Origin: Bradyrhizobiaceae bacterium
GTDB lineage: Bacteria; Bacteroidota; Ignavibacteria; Kapaibacteriales; Kapaibacteriaceae
NCBI GenBank assembly: GCA_024103135.1
Contig: JAGFIZ010000036.1
Span: 9,684 to 73,683 of the forward strand
Direction: 5' to 3'
DNA length: 64,000 nucleotides
Shown in pieces: positions 29,465-38,403 of the stretch; position 1 is the stretch's first letter, and each line of letters starts with the position of its first letter. Below the pieces are notes generated by a model. The model did no database searches, was not told where the DNA came from, and worked only from the letters and a program-made list of their open reading frames with translations. Both the position numbers and the translations under genes were made by a program.

Positions 29465-30817
29465 CTACGAAGCCCTGTTCAGTTCTCGTTCCACGGCTAT
29501 CATGGTTTGCGTAAACACTTGCTCAACACTATGCTTAAGCTCGCGCACCTCGTCGCATACGGGAATGAAGTCCTTCAGGAATTGCTCCAGCATCATCTTG
29601 TTGCGATCCTTAGGCTGTTCGTTCCCGAAGGTCTGTTTCAGCCACTCTACGAGCGATCTGCGGATTGCCGTATTGGAGAGGTTGCTAAGGGGCTCCTTCA
29701 TCTTGGAAGGGTCTGCTCGCAGCGTCTCAAGGATCTCGGTAAAGTCCAACAACACCGTCACCTGATCAAAACCGCGTGCTGATGTGAGACTGTTGAGTAC
29801 CGTCGTATAGGCCTTCCTGAACAGTGCCACCTCCTCGGGTAGGCCCACGGTGGCGAAGATGAAGTAGAGTCTGCTTACATCGTCGTGGACAACTGACGAA
29901 CGACCTTTGAGAAGAGCCAACGCACGCAACAGGTCAAGCGACTTGGCCTGCGTCCGTGGAGATATGTAGAAGTCCGATGTAGCACCAGTGTTCTTCTTGT
30001 CGTGCATCTCTCTGTTCCTAAGAAACTCGAAATGCCTGATGACGATGTTGGTAAAGTATAGCATCTCGTTCGAGACGCTGATAACCAGGTCGGTCGCTTC
30101 ACCACGGCACACCTTGTAAAGGTGCTGAAGCCGCTTGAACGGAATCTTCTCTGGCGGTGTTATGGTACGTCCACCATGCGCCAGGTACTGCTGAGAAATT
30201 TTGTACTGAATGAACGGATCCTTGTCGGGAAGGATAATGGCCTTGTACATGAACCGGTCCAGCAACGCCTCGGTAACCTCGTTCACACGAAGGTAGTTTG
30301 TTGCAGCAATCACGGTGTGAAGGGGGCTTTCCACACTTTGAACACCACGCATGAGCTTGCGTTCGTTCAAAAGCGATAAGAGTGCACGGAGAGTGAAGTC
30401 GTTGGCATCAAAGATCTCGTCAATAAATCCAAACTCGCTCTCCACCAACGAGTCAGCCGTGTTATGGATGATTCGTCCGGTCTTGAGTTGCTCCAGGTCC
30501 AACCCACCAAAAAACGTGTCTGGCTGTTGCTCCTTGCTTGCTTGAACGCGGAAGAGTCGTGCACCTTCGAAAACCGAGAACACTTGTTCGGCAAGGAGAC
30601 TCTTACCAGCACCTGTGCGACTCTGCAAGAGCATGTGCTCGCCGGTAAGCAAGGCACAGATCGCCTGTTCGATCACTTCCTCGCGGTTGATCACACGGCT
30701 GCCAATAAACGCTGCTGCTGCCTTGAGTTCTGCAGCAATGGCTTCAACACTTGGTAATGGTTGAAGGTTTTGTGTATTCATAGTTCCTCCGTTCCAGCGA
30801 ATATAGTCCACGATCAA
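29465..30817 (-). CDS. MoxR/RavA-like AAA+ ATPase
   Basis: The P-loop SRTGAGKS, Walker B GFIDEIFD, sensor-1 VIAATN and LLDRF are collinear by eye with E. coli RavA. The alternative ATG at 30781 (MNTQNL) is possible. Confidence 0.8.
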   Translation of the reverse strand: MIVDYIRWNGGTMNTQNLQPLPSVEAIAAELKAAAAFIGSRVINREEVIEQAICALLTGEHMLLQSRTGAGKSLLAEQVFSVFEGARLFRVQASKEQQPDTFFGGLDLEQLKTGRIIHNTADSLVESEFGFIDEIFDANDFTLRALLSLLNERKLMRGVQSVESPLHTVIAATNYLRVNEVTEALLDRFMYKAIILPDKDPFIQYKISQQYLAHGGRTITPPEKIPFKRLQHLYKVCRGEATDLVISVSNEMLYFTNIVIRHFEFLRNREMHDKKNTGATSDFYISPRTQAKSLDLLRALALLKGRSSVVHDDVSRLYFIFATVGLPEEVALFRKAYTTVLNSLTSARGFDQVTVLLDFTEILETLRADPSKMKEPLSNLSNTAIRRSLVEWLKQTFGNEQPKDRNKMMLEQFLKDFIPVCDEVRELKHSVEQVFTQTMIAVERELNRAS

Positions 30818-30835
30818 CCCCTGTAAATTGCACTA

Positions 30836-32671
30836 ATGTCAGAAGAGCCAGAAACGCGTCACGAGCAACTCCTTAGTAAGGTTGCCCAGTTGCCTTCCTT
30901 GCCGGGAGTCTATCTACATCGTGATGCAGAGGGAACCATCATCTACGTTGGCAAGGCAAAGAGCCTGCGAAACCGCGTAAAGGCCTATTTCCAGGATGCC
31001 CGACATGTAGATGCCAAGACCAAGGCATTGAAAAAGAATATTGCCGATGTAGAGGTCATCGTCACCGATACCGAAGCAGAAGCTCTCCTTCTGGAAAACA
31101 ACCTGATCAAGGAGCACCAACCGAAGTACAACATCCTGTTGAAGGACGATAAGAGCTACCCGTACATCCGCATAACGAAGGAGGAGTTCCCACGGGTGCT
31201 AAAGACTCGGCATGTAGTGAGGGACGGGAGCAAATACTTTGGTCCGTACACGGATGGAACCTACTTGTTCTATCTGCTGAAAACGCTGCGATCGATTTTC
31301 CCCTTACGGACATGTGATCTGCCGCTGACGGAGTCAACCATTGCCCAAGGCAAATACCAGCTTTGTTTGGAATACCACATCAAACGATGTGACGGTCCGT
31401 GCGTTGGACTTATCTCTCGAGAACAATACAACGCTTACATCAAGCAGGTACAACAGGTTCTGAGTGGAAAAACGCGCGACCTTGAGAAGCAGATGGAAGA
31501 GAAGATGATGGAGTTGGCTGAAGAACTGCGATTTGAAGAGGCAGCCATCATTCGTCAGCGTCTGCTTAAGCTTCGCGAATACACGGCCAAGCAGAAGGTC
31601 ATGAACAGCGATGCATCGGACCGTGACGTGATTGCACTGTCGCGTATCGGCAAGGATGCCTGCACCGTCATCCTTACCATTCGCGATGGTAATCTGGTCG
31701 GCAAACGCCATTTTTTCCTCCCTGCTGAATCAAGCATCTCTGATGCAGAGCTCATCCAAACAACGGTCGAGCGCTGGTATATCGATCAGGATCAGATTCC
31801 CGACGAAATCCTGCTACCAATAGAACTGCCAGAAGTGGCCTTGCTAACGGAATACCTTGGTACAAGGGCTCATCATGCCGTTGGCATCACCGTTCCCGTC
31901 ATTGGCGACAAGAAGAAACTCATCGGCATGGCCGAAACCAATGCCGAATACCTGCTCCGTGAACACTTGATGCAACAGGCACAACGTGATCAAAGCATCC
32001 CGAAGGATCTACTGTCGCTCCAGAAAGACCTGCAGTTGGAGGCCCTGCCCAGAAGAATCGAGTGTTACGATAATTCACACATGCAGGGCGACGAGTATGT
32101 GAGTTCCATGGTGGTGTTTATCGATGGCAAGCCACGCAAGAGCGAGTACCGAACCTTCAGACTCAAGCAAGAAGGTAACGACGACTTCGAAGCGATGCGT
32201 GAGGTTATCCGACGTCGGTTTACGGGCTCCTTGAAGGACACGCCATTGCCCGATCTCTGCATCATTGATGGTGGAAAGGGGCAAGTGTCTGCCGCAATGG
32301 AATCACTGCATGCCATTGATCTTGCTGACAGGTTTGCCGTAGTCGGCTTGGCAAAGAAACTCGAAGAGATCATCCTCCCACATGGCGAAGACAGCATCAT
32401 TCTGCCTCGCACGTCGGGAAGTCTGCGCATGCTTCAACGAGCACGCGACGAAGCACATCGAGTTGCAATCACGTATCACAGAAAACTCCGAGATAAGCGA
32501 ACTTTGCAAACAGAGTTGACGAGTATTCCTGGCGTTGGAGTGAAAACTTCTACTACCTTGCTCATTCGATTTGGATCGGTTGATGGACTCAGGCTAGCAT
32601 CCGTCGAACAGATCGCCGACGTTGTTGGACAATCGCTAGCACAACGCATCTACCATCATCTGCATCCATGA
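30836..32671 (+). CDS. uvrC: Excinuclease ABC subunit C
   Basis: The GIY-YIG motif (GVYLHRDAEGTIIYVGKAKSLRNRV), a UVR domain (EEAAIIRQRL), the endonuclease domain and a C-terminal HhH are present. Confidence 0.95.
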   Translation: MSEEPETRHEQLLSKVAQLPSLPGVYLHRDAEGTIIYVGKAKSLRNRVKAYFQDARHVDAKTKALKKNIADVEVIVTDTEAEALLLENNLIKEHQPKYNILLKDDKSYPYIRITKEEFPRVLKTRHVVRDGSKYFGPYTDGTYLFYLLKTLRSIFPLRTCDLPLTESTIAQGKYQLCLEYHIKRCDGPCVGLISREQYNAYIKQVQQVLSGKTRDLEKQMEEKMMELAEELRFEEAAIIRQRLLKLREYTAKQKVMNSDASDRDVIALSRIGKDACTVILTIRDGNLVGKRHFFLPAESSISDAELIQTTVERWYIDQDQIPDEILLPIELPEVALLTEYLGTRAHHAVGITVPVIGDKKKLIGMAETNAEYLLREHLMQQAQRDQSIPKDLLSLQKDLQLEALPRRIECYDNSHMQGDEYVSSMVVFIDGKPRKSEYRTFRLKQEGNDDFEAMREVIRRRFTGSLKDTPLPDLCIIDGGKGQVSAAMESLHAIDLADRFAVVGLAKKLEEIILPHGEDSIILPRTSGSLRMLQRARDEAHRVAITYHRKLRDKRTLQTELTSIPGVGVKTSTTLLIRFGSVDGLRLASVEQIADVVGQSLAQRIYHHLHP

Positions 32672-34533
32672 CACCGCTTATACGCACCCTACGATCTGAA
32701 CTCCGATCACTCCTGGCCAACCCATCAAAGCCGTACACGGTTCCCGGTCTGTGGGTAGGGAGTGATTCGCCGGTGACGTTCCCAAGTGCACCAGCCTATC
32801 TGCTTCATCAGTTTCAGGTCATCGACCAAGACGAACGCCGACGTCGGCACCGTCCTTGGTCAGTCTCCCATGCTCTGGCCTACAATTGCATGGTTCGGCA
32901 TGTAACGTCATACAATCATGGCGAAGGAACTGCAGAAAGTGGATGGCGTACTACAGGGACGTTCATCAAGTTGGCAGCACTGCTTCCGTATCTGGTACGC
33001 ATGGATGTGGACACGCTGGTTCTGATGCCCATAACGGAGATCGGTACGGTTGGACGTAAGGGAACCCTCGGCTCGGCTTATGCAGTGAAACATCCATGGC
33101 ATATCGATCCACTTCTCGCAGAACCATCGATTCCTATTAGTGTCGAGGACCAAGCACGTATTCTTGTCGAAGCATGTCATGCTCTCGGAATCCGCGTAGT
33201 TCTTGAAACCGTACTCCGCACGGCAAGCATTGATAGTTCGCTTGCTCAAACACATCCTGAATGGTTCTACTGGGTGGACGAAGGCAAGGTCGCCGAACTG
33301 GAAGGGGGCTTCGTAGCACCCCGATTCTCTTCTGAATCGATAAAGGTCATGAAGCAGATGGTCGCTTCAGGCAATCATCACAACTTGCCTGAGCCCCCTG
33401 ACACCTATCGCGACTTGTTTACTCCACCACCACTCCGTGTAGAAGCCGACGAACGTGGCTGGAAGGGTATAGGTCCAAAACAACGCACGTTGAGGGTACC
33501 GGGTGCCTTTGCAGATTGGCCGACCGACGACCCGCAGCCTGCGTGGACGGATGTGACGTATCTGCGCCTTCACGACCATCCACAGTATCGGTACATGGCC
33601 TACAACACGGTGCGGATGTTCGAGAGTGCGCTGGAGGTCGACGAGTACAGGTCACAACCGCTGTGGAATACCATAGCGTCAATCATACCGTACTACATCC
33701 GCATGTTGAATATCGATGGTGCGATGATCGACATGGGACATGCCTTGCCCGCAGACCTACGTATGCGGATTATGCGAGAGGCACGAGCGCTGCGACAGGA
33801 CTTCTTGCTACTCGAAGAAAATTTCTCAGATAGTGATGATCAGTCACGGCACTCCGGCTACGACGCTGCCGTAGGAAGCCTGCCACTTGTTGCCACATCG
33901 GTTTCAGCAATTCGAGACTTCATCCAGAACAAGGCTGGTTCGACGTCGACAGTGAAGTACTTTGGTACGCCCGAATCACACAATACGCCAAGAGCTCAAT
34001 ATCATTGGAAGCATGGCAAGGCCGTTGCAGCTGTGTGGACGGTGCTACGTGTACTTCCTAATGCGTTGGGGTTTGTCCACGCTGGTATCGAGTTGGATGA
34101 GGTGGTACCGGTCAATACTGGCCTTGGGTTTTCGGACGAGCTCGCTCGTGCTTATCCACCGGAGAAGCTCCCGTTGTTTAGTGATGTGCCCTTACCATGG
34201 GATACGCAAAGTGTGGTGCTGACGGCTATTGTGCGTGTAGCGCGCTTGCTCCATGGCACGTCGTTCTGGGAGCATTCAACGGAACATGATCTCCTGATTC
34301 CATTGACGATGCCAGAGGCAGGTGTGGCCTTCCTCCGCATCCCGTCCAATAGCAGACAGGGCTTGTTATGCGTCGCCAATCTTTCAGATCAACCATTGAG
34401 ATCACGTCTAACGATCCCTGCCGATAGTGGTGTGATGTTCCTTGCACCGAATGCCAAGGTCAAACGAGCGGGGAGTACGATTGACGTTGAACTGGATCCG
34501 TGGGATGTGGAGCTGGTCTTCACACTCCACTAG
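32668..34533 (+). CDS. Alpha-amylase-family (GH13-like) protein
   Basis: Candidate conserved regions are IRVVLETVLRTAS (I), DGAMIDMGHAL (II), LLLEENF (III) and GTPESHNTPR (IV). The start overlaps the uvrC stop (ATGA). Confidence 0.65.
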   Translation: MTPLIRTLRSELRSLLANPSKPYTVPGLWVGSDSPVTFPSAPAYLLHQFQVIDQDERRRRHRPWSVSHALAYNCMVRHVTSYNHGEGTAESGWRTTGTFIKLAALLPYLVRMDVDTLVLMPITEIGTVGRKGTLGSAYAVKHPWHIDPLLAEPSIPISVEDQARILVEACHALGIRVVLETVLRTASIDSSLAQTHPEWFYWVDEGKVAELEGGFVAPRFSSESIKVMKQMVASGNHHNLPEPPDTYRDLFTPPPLRVEADERGWKGIGPKQRTLRVPGAFADWPTDDPQPAWTDVTYLRLHDHPQYRYMAYNTVRMFESALEVDEYRSQPLWNTIASIIPYYIRMLNIDGAMIDMGHALPADLRMRIMREARALRQDFLLLEENFSDSDDQSRHSGYDAAVGSLPLVATSVSAIRDFIQNKAGSTSTVKYFGTPESHNTPRAQYHWKHGKAVAAVWTVLRVLPNALGFVHAGIELDEVVPVNTGLGFSDELARAYPPEKLPLFSDVPLPWDTQSVVLTAIVRVARLLHGTSFWEHSTEHDLLIPLTMPEAGVAFLRIPSNSRQGLLCVANLSDQPLRSRLTIPADSGVMFLAPNAKVKRAGSTIDVELDPWDVELVFTLH

Positions 34534-34553
34534 TAGTCAAGCTGCCGCATGGA

Positions 34554-37500
34554 CTACCAACGCTTGACCCACGAGACCATGGGGACGAACTTCCAGCCGG
34601 AACTCGGTCTTGAGGTAACTGTCGAGATGCCGACGTAGCTGATACCAAATTCAAATGCATCGGTCTCACGGAAGTACCGCGCCACACCGGTGATGGGTAT
34701 AAAATCCATGGTTCGCATAAAGAAGGTTTCGGCACATAGCTTCCACTGTTCTGCAATGCGATAGTCGTAGGCAATACCAGCTATCGTGGCATCAGCCCTG
34801 AACCTACCGTCGAACAACGTTGTGTGGTCTTTGAATGCATAGCCGAGGTAGAGATTTAACCGACTGTCATCATTGCCATAGCCCAGCGTTGCCCACAAGG
34901 CATTGAAGGTAATCTTGCTATCGAATCCATTCGTGAGTTCCTGATTGTACCAACTCTGTCCTAGCTGAAATCCACCGCCGAACACAAGGTCCGGTGCAAG
35001 GGGAATTGCTCCCTTCATGCCGACAGACCATGCACCACTTGCTGATGCCCGGTCATGCCCGAAGCCAATCCATGCGCTGTTGAAAGGTAACATGCCGCCT
35101 ACGAGGACCATGAGGTTGTCCGTTACACTGTATCCCAGGCTAACACCAAGGACGTCGTACACTCCGGTTGTGATCGTTCCTGCGGGAGGAATGATGGCTG
35201 ACGGAAGCATGATTGACCGGAACGTTGTTGGGTCGGCATGTGCTGCAAACACATTCGAATCTGCACGAACAAACAGTGTAGCCGTGATAGGATCATCAAA
35301 GCCATTCACAAGAAACTCAACCTGCGTAGCAAACCTACCTGCGCGTGGAGCAGTTACCTGAACGTCGATGGATTGATGCTGTCCTTCTGGTAGGGTTACT
35401 CCACCACTTGTCAGTACCGTGATCGTTGGGTCGGCGCCAGCCACAGTTCGTATATCACGAATGCGGATGGAGGACGAGCCCGTGTTGTGAAGGAGGTCCT
35501 TGACCGTGATGGTCACGGGTGTACCAATGGGGACTGTTCCGAGATCGCGGATATCGCTGCCGGCCTGGAGGACGCCTGGCGGACACCGTCCGCTGATCCG
35601 TGCATTGATGATGCCCGAACTCGTTTCTGCAACGATCAGTGCGGCACGTTCTCCAACAGCGTGGGGATGGAAAGAGTAGGTGATAGGCCGACTCTCACCA
35701 GGGGCAAGGACGAACTCCTTGGGTGCGTTGAGTCCAAAGTCCGGTGCTTGTGTACCCTCGATGCGAAGTCCACGAATGGTGATGGAGTCCTTGCTGGTGT
35801 TGGTGATTGCCGAGACAACGATGCTGTCTACGCTCTGCCCGACGGCACACTGTCGTAGTCTGACGGGTGCAAGCACTGCACGAGCGTAGTAGATGCTCCA
35901 GAGTCCATCACTTTGATCCTGTTGTAATAGTGGTGTTCTAAGGTCGTAAACCTGAACGTTCGAGGACGCATCGATCACTGCCATCTTCGAACCATCGGCA
36001 GGTGCAGACGGACGTCCGACGCCGCGCTGTACACGCAAGAGCTGGATTCCGGTTTGTGCATCGAAGGCCGTAGCAAAGCTCAGGGTCGAGAGCAGAAGGG
36101 TTGAGTTGTTTGCGAGGATCTGAGCGCTACTGGCGCCGCCAGGCTCTGATAGGCGACGAATGCTCACAACGTGATTACCAGTTGCTACATCGACAATTTT
36201 CGTCTCGTCGCGACCTGTCTCGACTGCCAGTCGACGTCCATCGGGCGAGAAGGCAGCATACGTGTTGTCATTCTTGAAGAACCTGCTAGCAATGGGGCGC
36301 GGCTTCTCCAAGGTTGCAACATCCCACAGGGAGGTATTGCCAGCACCATCAACGGCTATCAGTGAGCGACTGTCGGGTGAAAAGACAGCACTGTAGTACG
36401 ATGGTACGTTCGGTGATTTAAGGATGCGAACGTCCTGAGTATTGGTCACCGAGAATAAGCGGACCATGCTGTCTTGCTCACATACGGCAACGTAGGCACC
36501 ATTGGGACTGATCGACACATCGCGAATTGCTGACTGTCTGCGCGGCAACTCTGCCAGGAGGTTTCCATTGATAGCATCAAGTACACTCGTAACATCTCCG
36601 TCGGCGCCACCTACAACCACATACCTACCGTCGCTGCTTACATCGCAAGCGATAGGAAGTTTTGTTACGGCTCGACGCCAGCGGAGCGCACCATCAGGCA
36701 AGGTGTAGAAGGCAACTGAGTCTCTTGCCCACGTAAGAAGGCGGTCACCCTTCGACGAGATCAGTACACGCTCACCTTGTCCTAACACGGAAACGAGTGT
36801 ACCATTTACACCATCCCACAACATTGCGGGTGGAGGTAACTGATGCTGTCCACTGAGTCCGGGAGCTTGGCCAGTGACAATGAGCTTGCCGTCTGGCGTG
36901 TAGGCAACATCTGAATATGGCTTGCCTGTGATGGTGAACATCGGTTTTGTTTGATCTGCCTGTGGTTTGACGTGAGAAACACGAAGCAGGCAGCTGTCTG
37001 AAGTTTCATGACCGGTATTCCAACGCCGGGTAAGCCCCTTTTCACCCTCCGAAACAAGCATCCATGTGCGCCCTGCATCAAAGCTGATCTCGACCTTTAC
37101 TGGAATCCCTGGTGGTATGCCAGTCCACCGTAGGTCTGTCATGGACCTTGCAGGTAGTCGCTCTCCACCATTGGGATGCACCACTGTCAGCGTCTTCCTG
37201 GACGGTGGTGCAAGAGGATTGCCAGAGGTGAGGTAGAGTAGCGGTGTCGGACACGGTTGGGCATCGAGTTCGACATCGGCGACGATGAAGGTCGTGTCTG
37301 ACTTGATACACGTGAAGCTAACGACGAGTGAGTCGCCTGGTTGGATGGTGTATGGGAGCTTTATTGCTCCCATGGTAAATGCATCGGGTCGGCTACATCT
37401 AATTGACGTGATCGTTGTCGCTGCGGCACGATTGACGATGGTAAATGACTTCGTGAGAGAACCGGCACTATCAAACTGCAAGCTTGGCTGACGCACATCA

Positions 37501-38396
37501 ACGCCACCACGTCGCTGTGGTGGTACGTCAATGTCAGTTTCATACATGGCACCATATACGGTTGCCCGTAGACTGGTTGTTGAAGCGCATGACGGCGGTG
37601 GATCCCATACTATCGTGCAACCACCAGCTCCGGTAGCATCAGCAAAGATCCGTTGATAAGCCATGACGGCTTGTTCGACCGTTGTCACGTTGTCAAACCA
37701 CAACCCGCCTGTGCCCTCGGCCACGCGCTGGAGCACGCCTGGCATGTTAAGTCCGAGCGTAACGCAATAGATCGTCACGCTGTCCTGTAATGCCTGATTG
37801 ATCACGCTATCAGCGTCCACGCTCCCGAAGCCGTCGGTAAGAAACACCACCACGCGTTTGTGCGTGCCTACACGTGCAATGGCCAGACTTCCCATGATAC
37901 TATCCAGGAGACCACGTTCGTAGTTGGTTCCTCCGCGCGGACGTAACCGGTCAACTGCCGACCTAAGCTCCGTCTTGTCCTCGGTCAAATCGCATTGTAG
38001 TACAGCACTATGATCGAAGGCCGTCACTGCTGCATCCGATCCTTCTTCAAGCGCATCAATCCAGGCCTGTGCAGCTTGCTTGGCCAGGTCGATGTTCGGT
38101 CCACCAAAACGCATGCTGCCGCTCACGTCGATGGTAAGTACTGATGATATCAGTGTACTTGGGCCGGGTGGGTTGCACGTAACACTCACGATACGTGCTG
38201 GCAAGCCCCCTTCCAGAATCGACAACTCATCCTTGGTGAAGTTCGTAATCTTCCTTTCGGCATTGAAGTACACTGCTGATGCCGTCCGTAGACCCGAACT
38301 ATCGGAAGAGAATGATCGAAGGAAGAGATTGCCTTGTGCGAGAGTCATGGAGTAACTCAGACACAGAAGCATGGCTGCGAGGAGGACGCGAATCAT
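34554..38396 (-). CDS. 1280-aa secreted multidomain protein: VWA + Ig-like + WD40/PD40-like beta-propeller + Ig-like x2 + C-terminal beta-barrel-like domain
   Basis: The signal peptide is MIRVLLAAMLLCLSYSMTLAQG. MIDAS residues are LTIDVSGSM, GGTNY and FLTDG. Blade motifs include FSPDGRRLAV, ISPNGAYVAV and VSSDGRYVVVGG. The C-terminus of alternating aromatic strands ends in VSWVKRW. Confidence 0.75.
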   Translation of the reverse strand: MIRVLLAAMLLCLSYSMTLAQGNLFLRSFSSDSSGLRTASAVYFNAERKITNFTKDELSILEGGLPARIVSVTCNPPGPSTLISSVLTIDVSGSMRFGGPNIDLAKQAAQAWIDALEEGSDAAVTAFDHSAVLQCDLTEDKTELRSAVDRLRPRGGTNYERGLLDSIMGSLAIARVGTHKRVVVFLTDGFGSVDADSVINQALQDSVTIYCVTLGLNMPGVLQRVAEGTGGLWFDNVTTVEQAVMAYQRIFADATGAGGCTIVWDPPPSCASTTSLRATVYGAMYETDIDVPPQRRGGVDVRQPSLQFDSAGSLTKSFTIVNRAAATTITSIRCSRPDAFTMGAIKLPYTIQPGDSLVVSFTCIKSDTTFIVADVELDAQPCPTPLLYLTSGNPLAPPSRKTLTVVHPNGGERLPARSMTDLRWTGIPPGIPVKVEISFDAGRTWMLVSEGEKGLTRRWNTGHETSDSCLLRVSHVKPQADQTKPMFTITGKPYSDVAYTPDGKLIVTGQAPGLSGQHQLPPPAMLWDGVNGTLVSVLGQGERVLISSKGDRLLTWARDSVAFYTLPDGALRWRRAVTKLPIACDVSSDGRYVVVGGADGDVTSVLDAINGNLLAELPRRQSAIRDVSISPNGAYVAVCEQDSMVRLFSVTNTQDVRILKSPNVPSYYSAVFSPDSRSLIAVDGAGNTSLWDVATLEKPRPIASRFFKNDNTYAAFSPDGRRLAVETGRDETKIVDVATGNHVVSIRRLSEPGGASSAQILANNSTLLLSTLSFATAFDAQTGIQLLRVQRGVGRPSAPADGSKMAVIDASSNVQVYDLRTPLLQQDQSDGLWSIYYARAVLAPVRLRQCAVGQSVDSIVVSAITNTSKDSITIRGLRIEGTQAPDFGLNAPKEFVLAPGESRPITYSFHPHAVGERAALIVAETSSGIINARISGRCPPGVLQAGSDIRDLGTVPIGTPVTITVKDLLHNTGSSSIRIRDIRTVAGADPTITVLTSGGVTLPEGQHQSIDVQVTAPRAGRFATQVEFLVNGFDDPITATLFVRADSNVFAAHADPTTFRSIMLPSAIIPPAGTITTGVYDVLGVSLGYSVTDNLMVLVGGMLPFNSAWIGFGHDRASASGAWSVGMKGAIPLAPDLVFGGGFQLGQSWYNQELTNGFDSKITFNALWATLGYGNDDSRLNLYLGYAFKDHTTLFDGRFRADATIAGIAYDYRIAEQWKLCAETFFMRTMDFIPITGVARYFRETDAFEFGISYVGISTVTSRPSSGWKFVPMVSWVKRW

Positions 38397-38403
38397 GAAG
38401 GTG

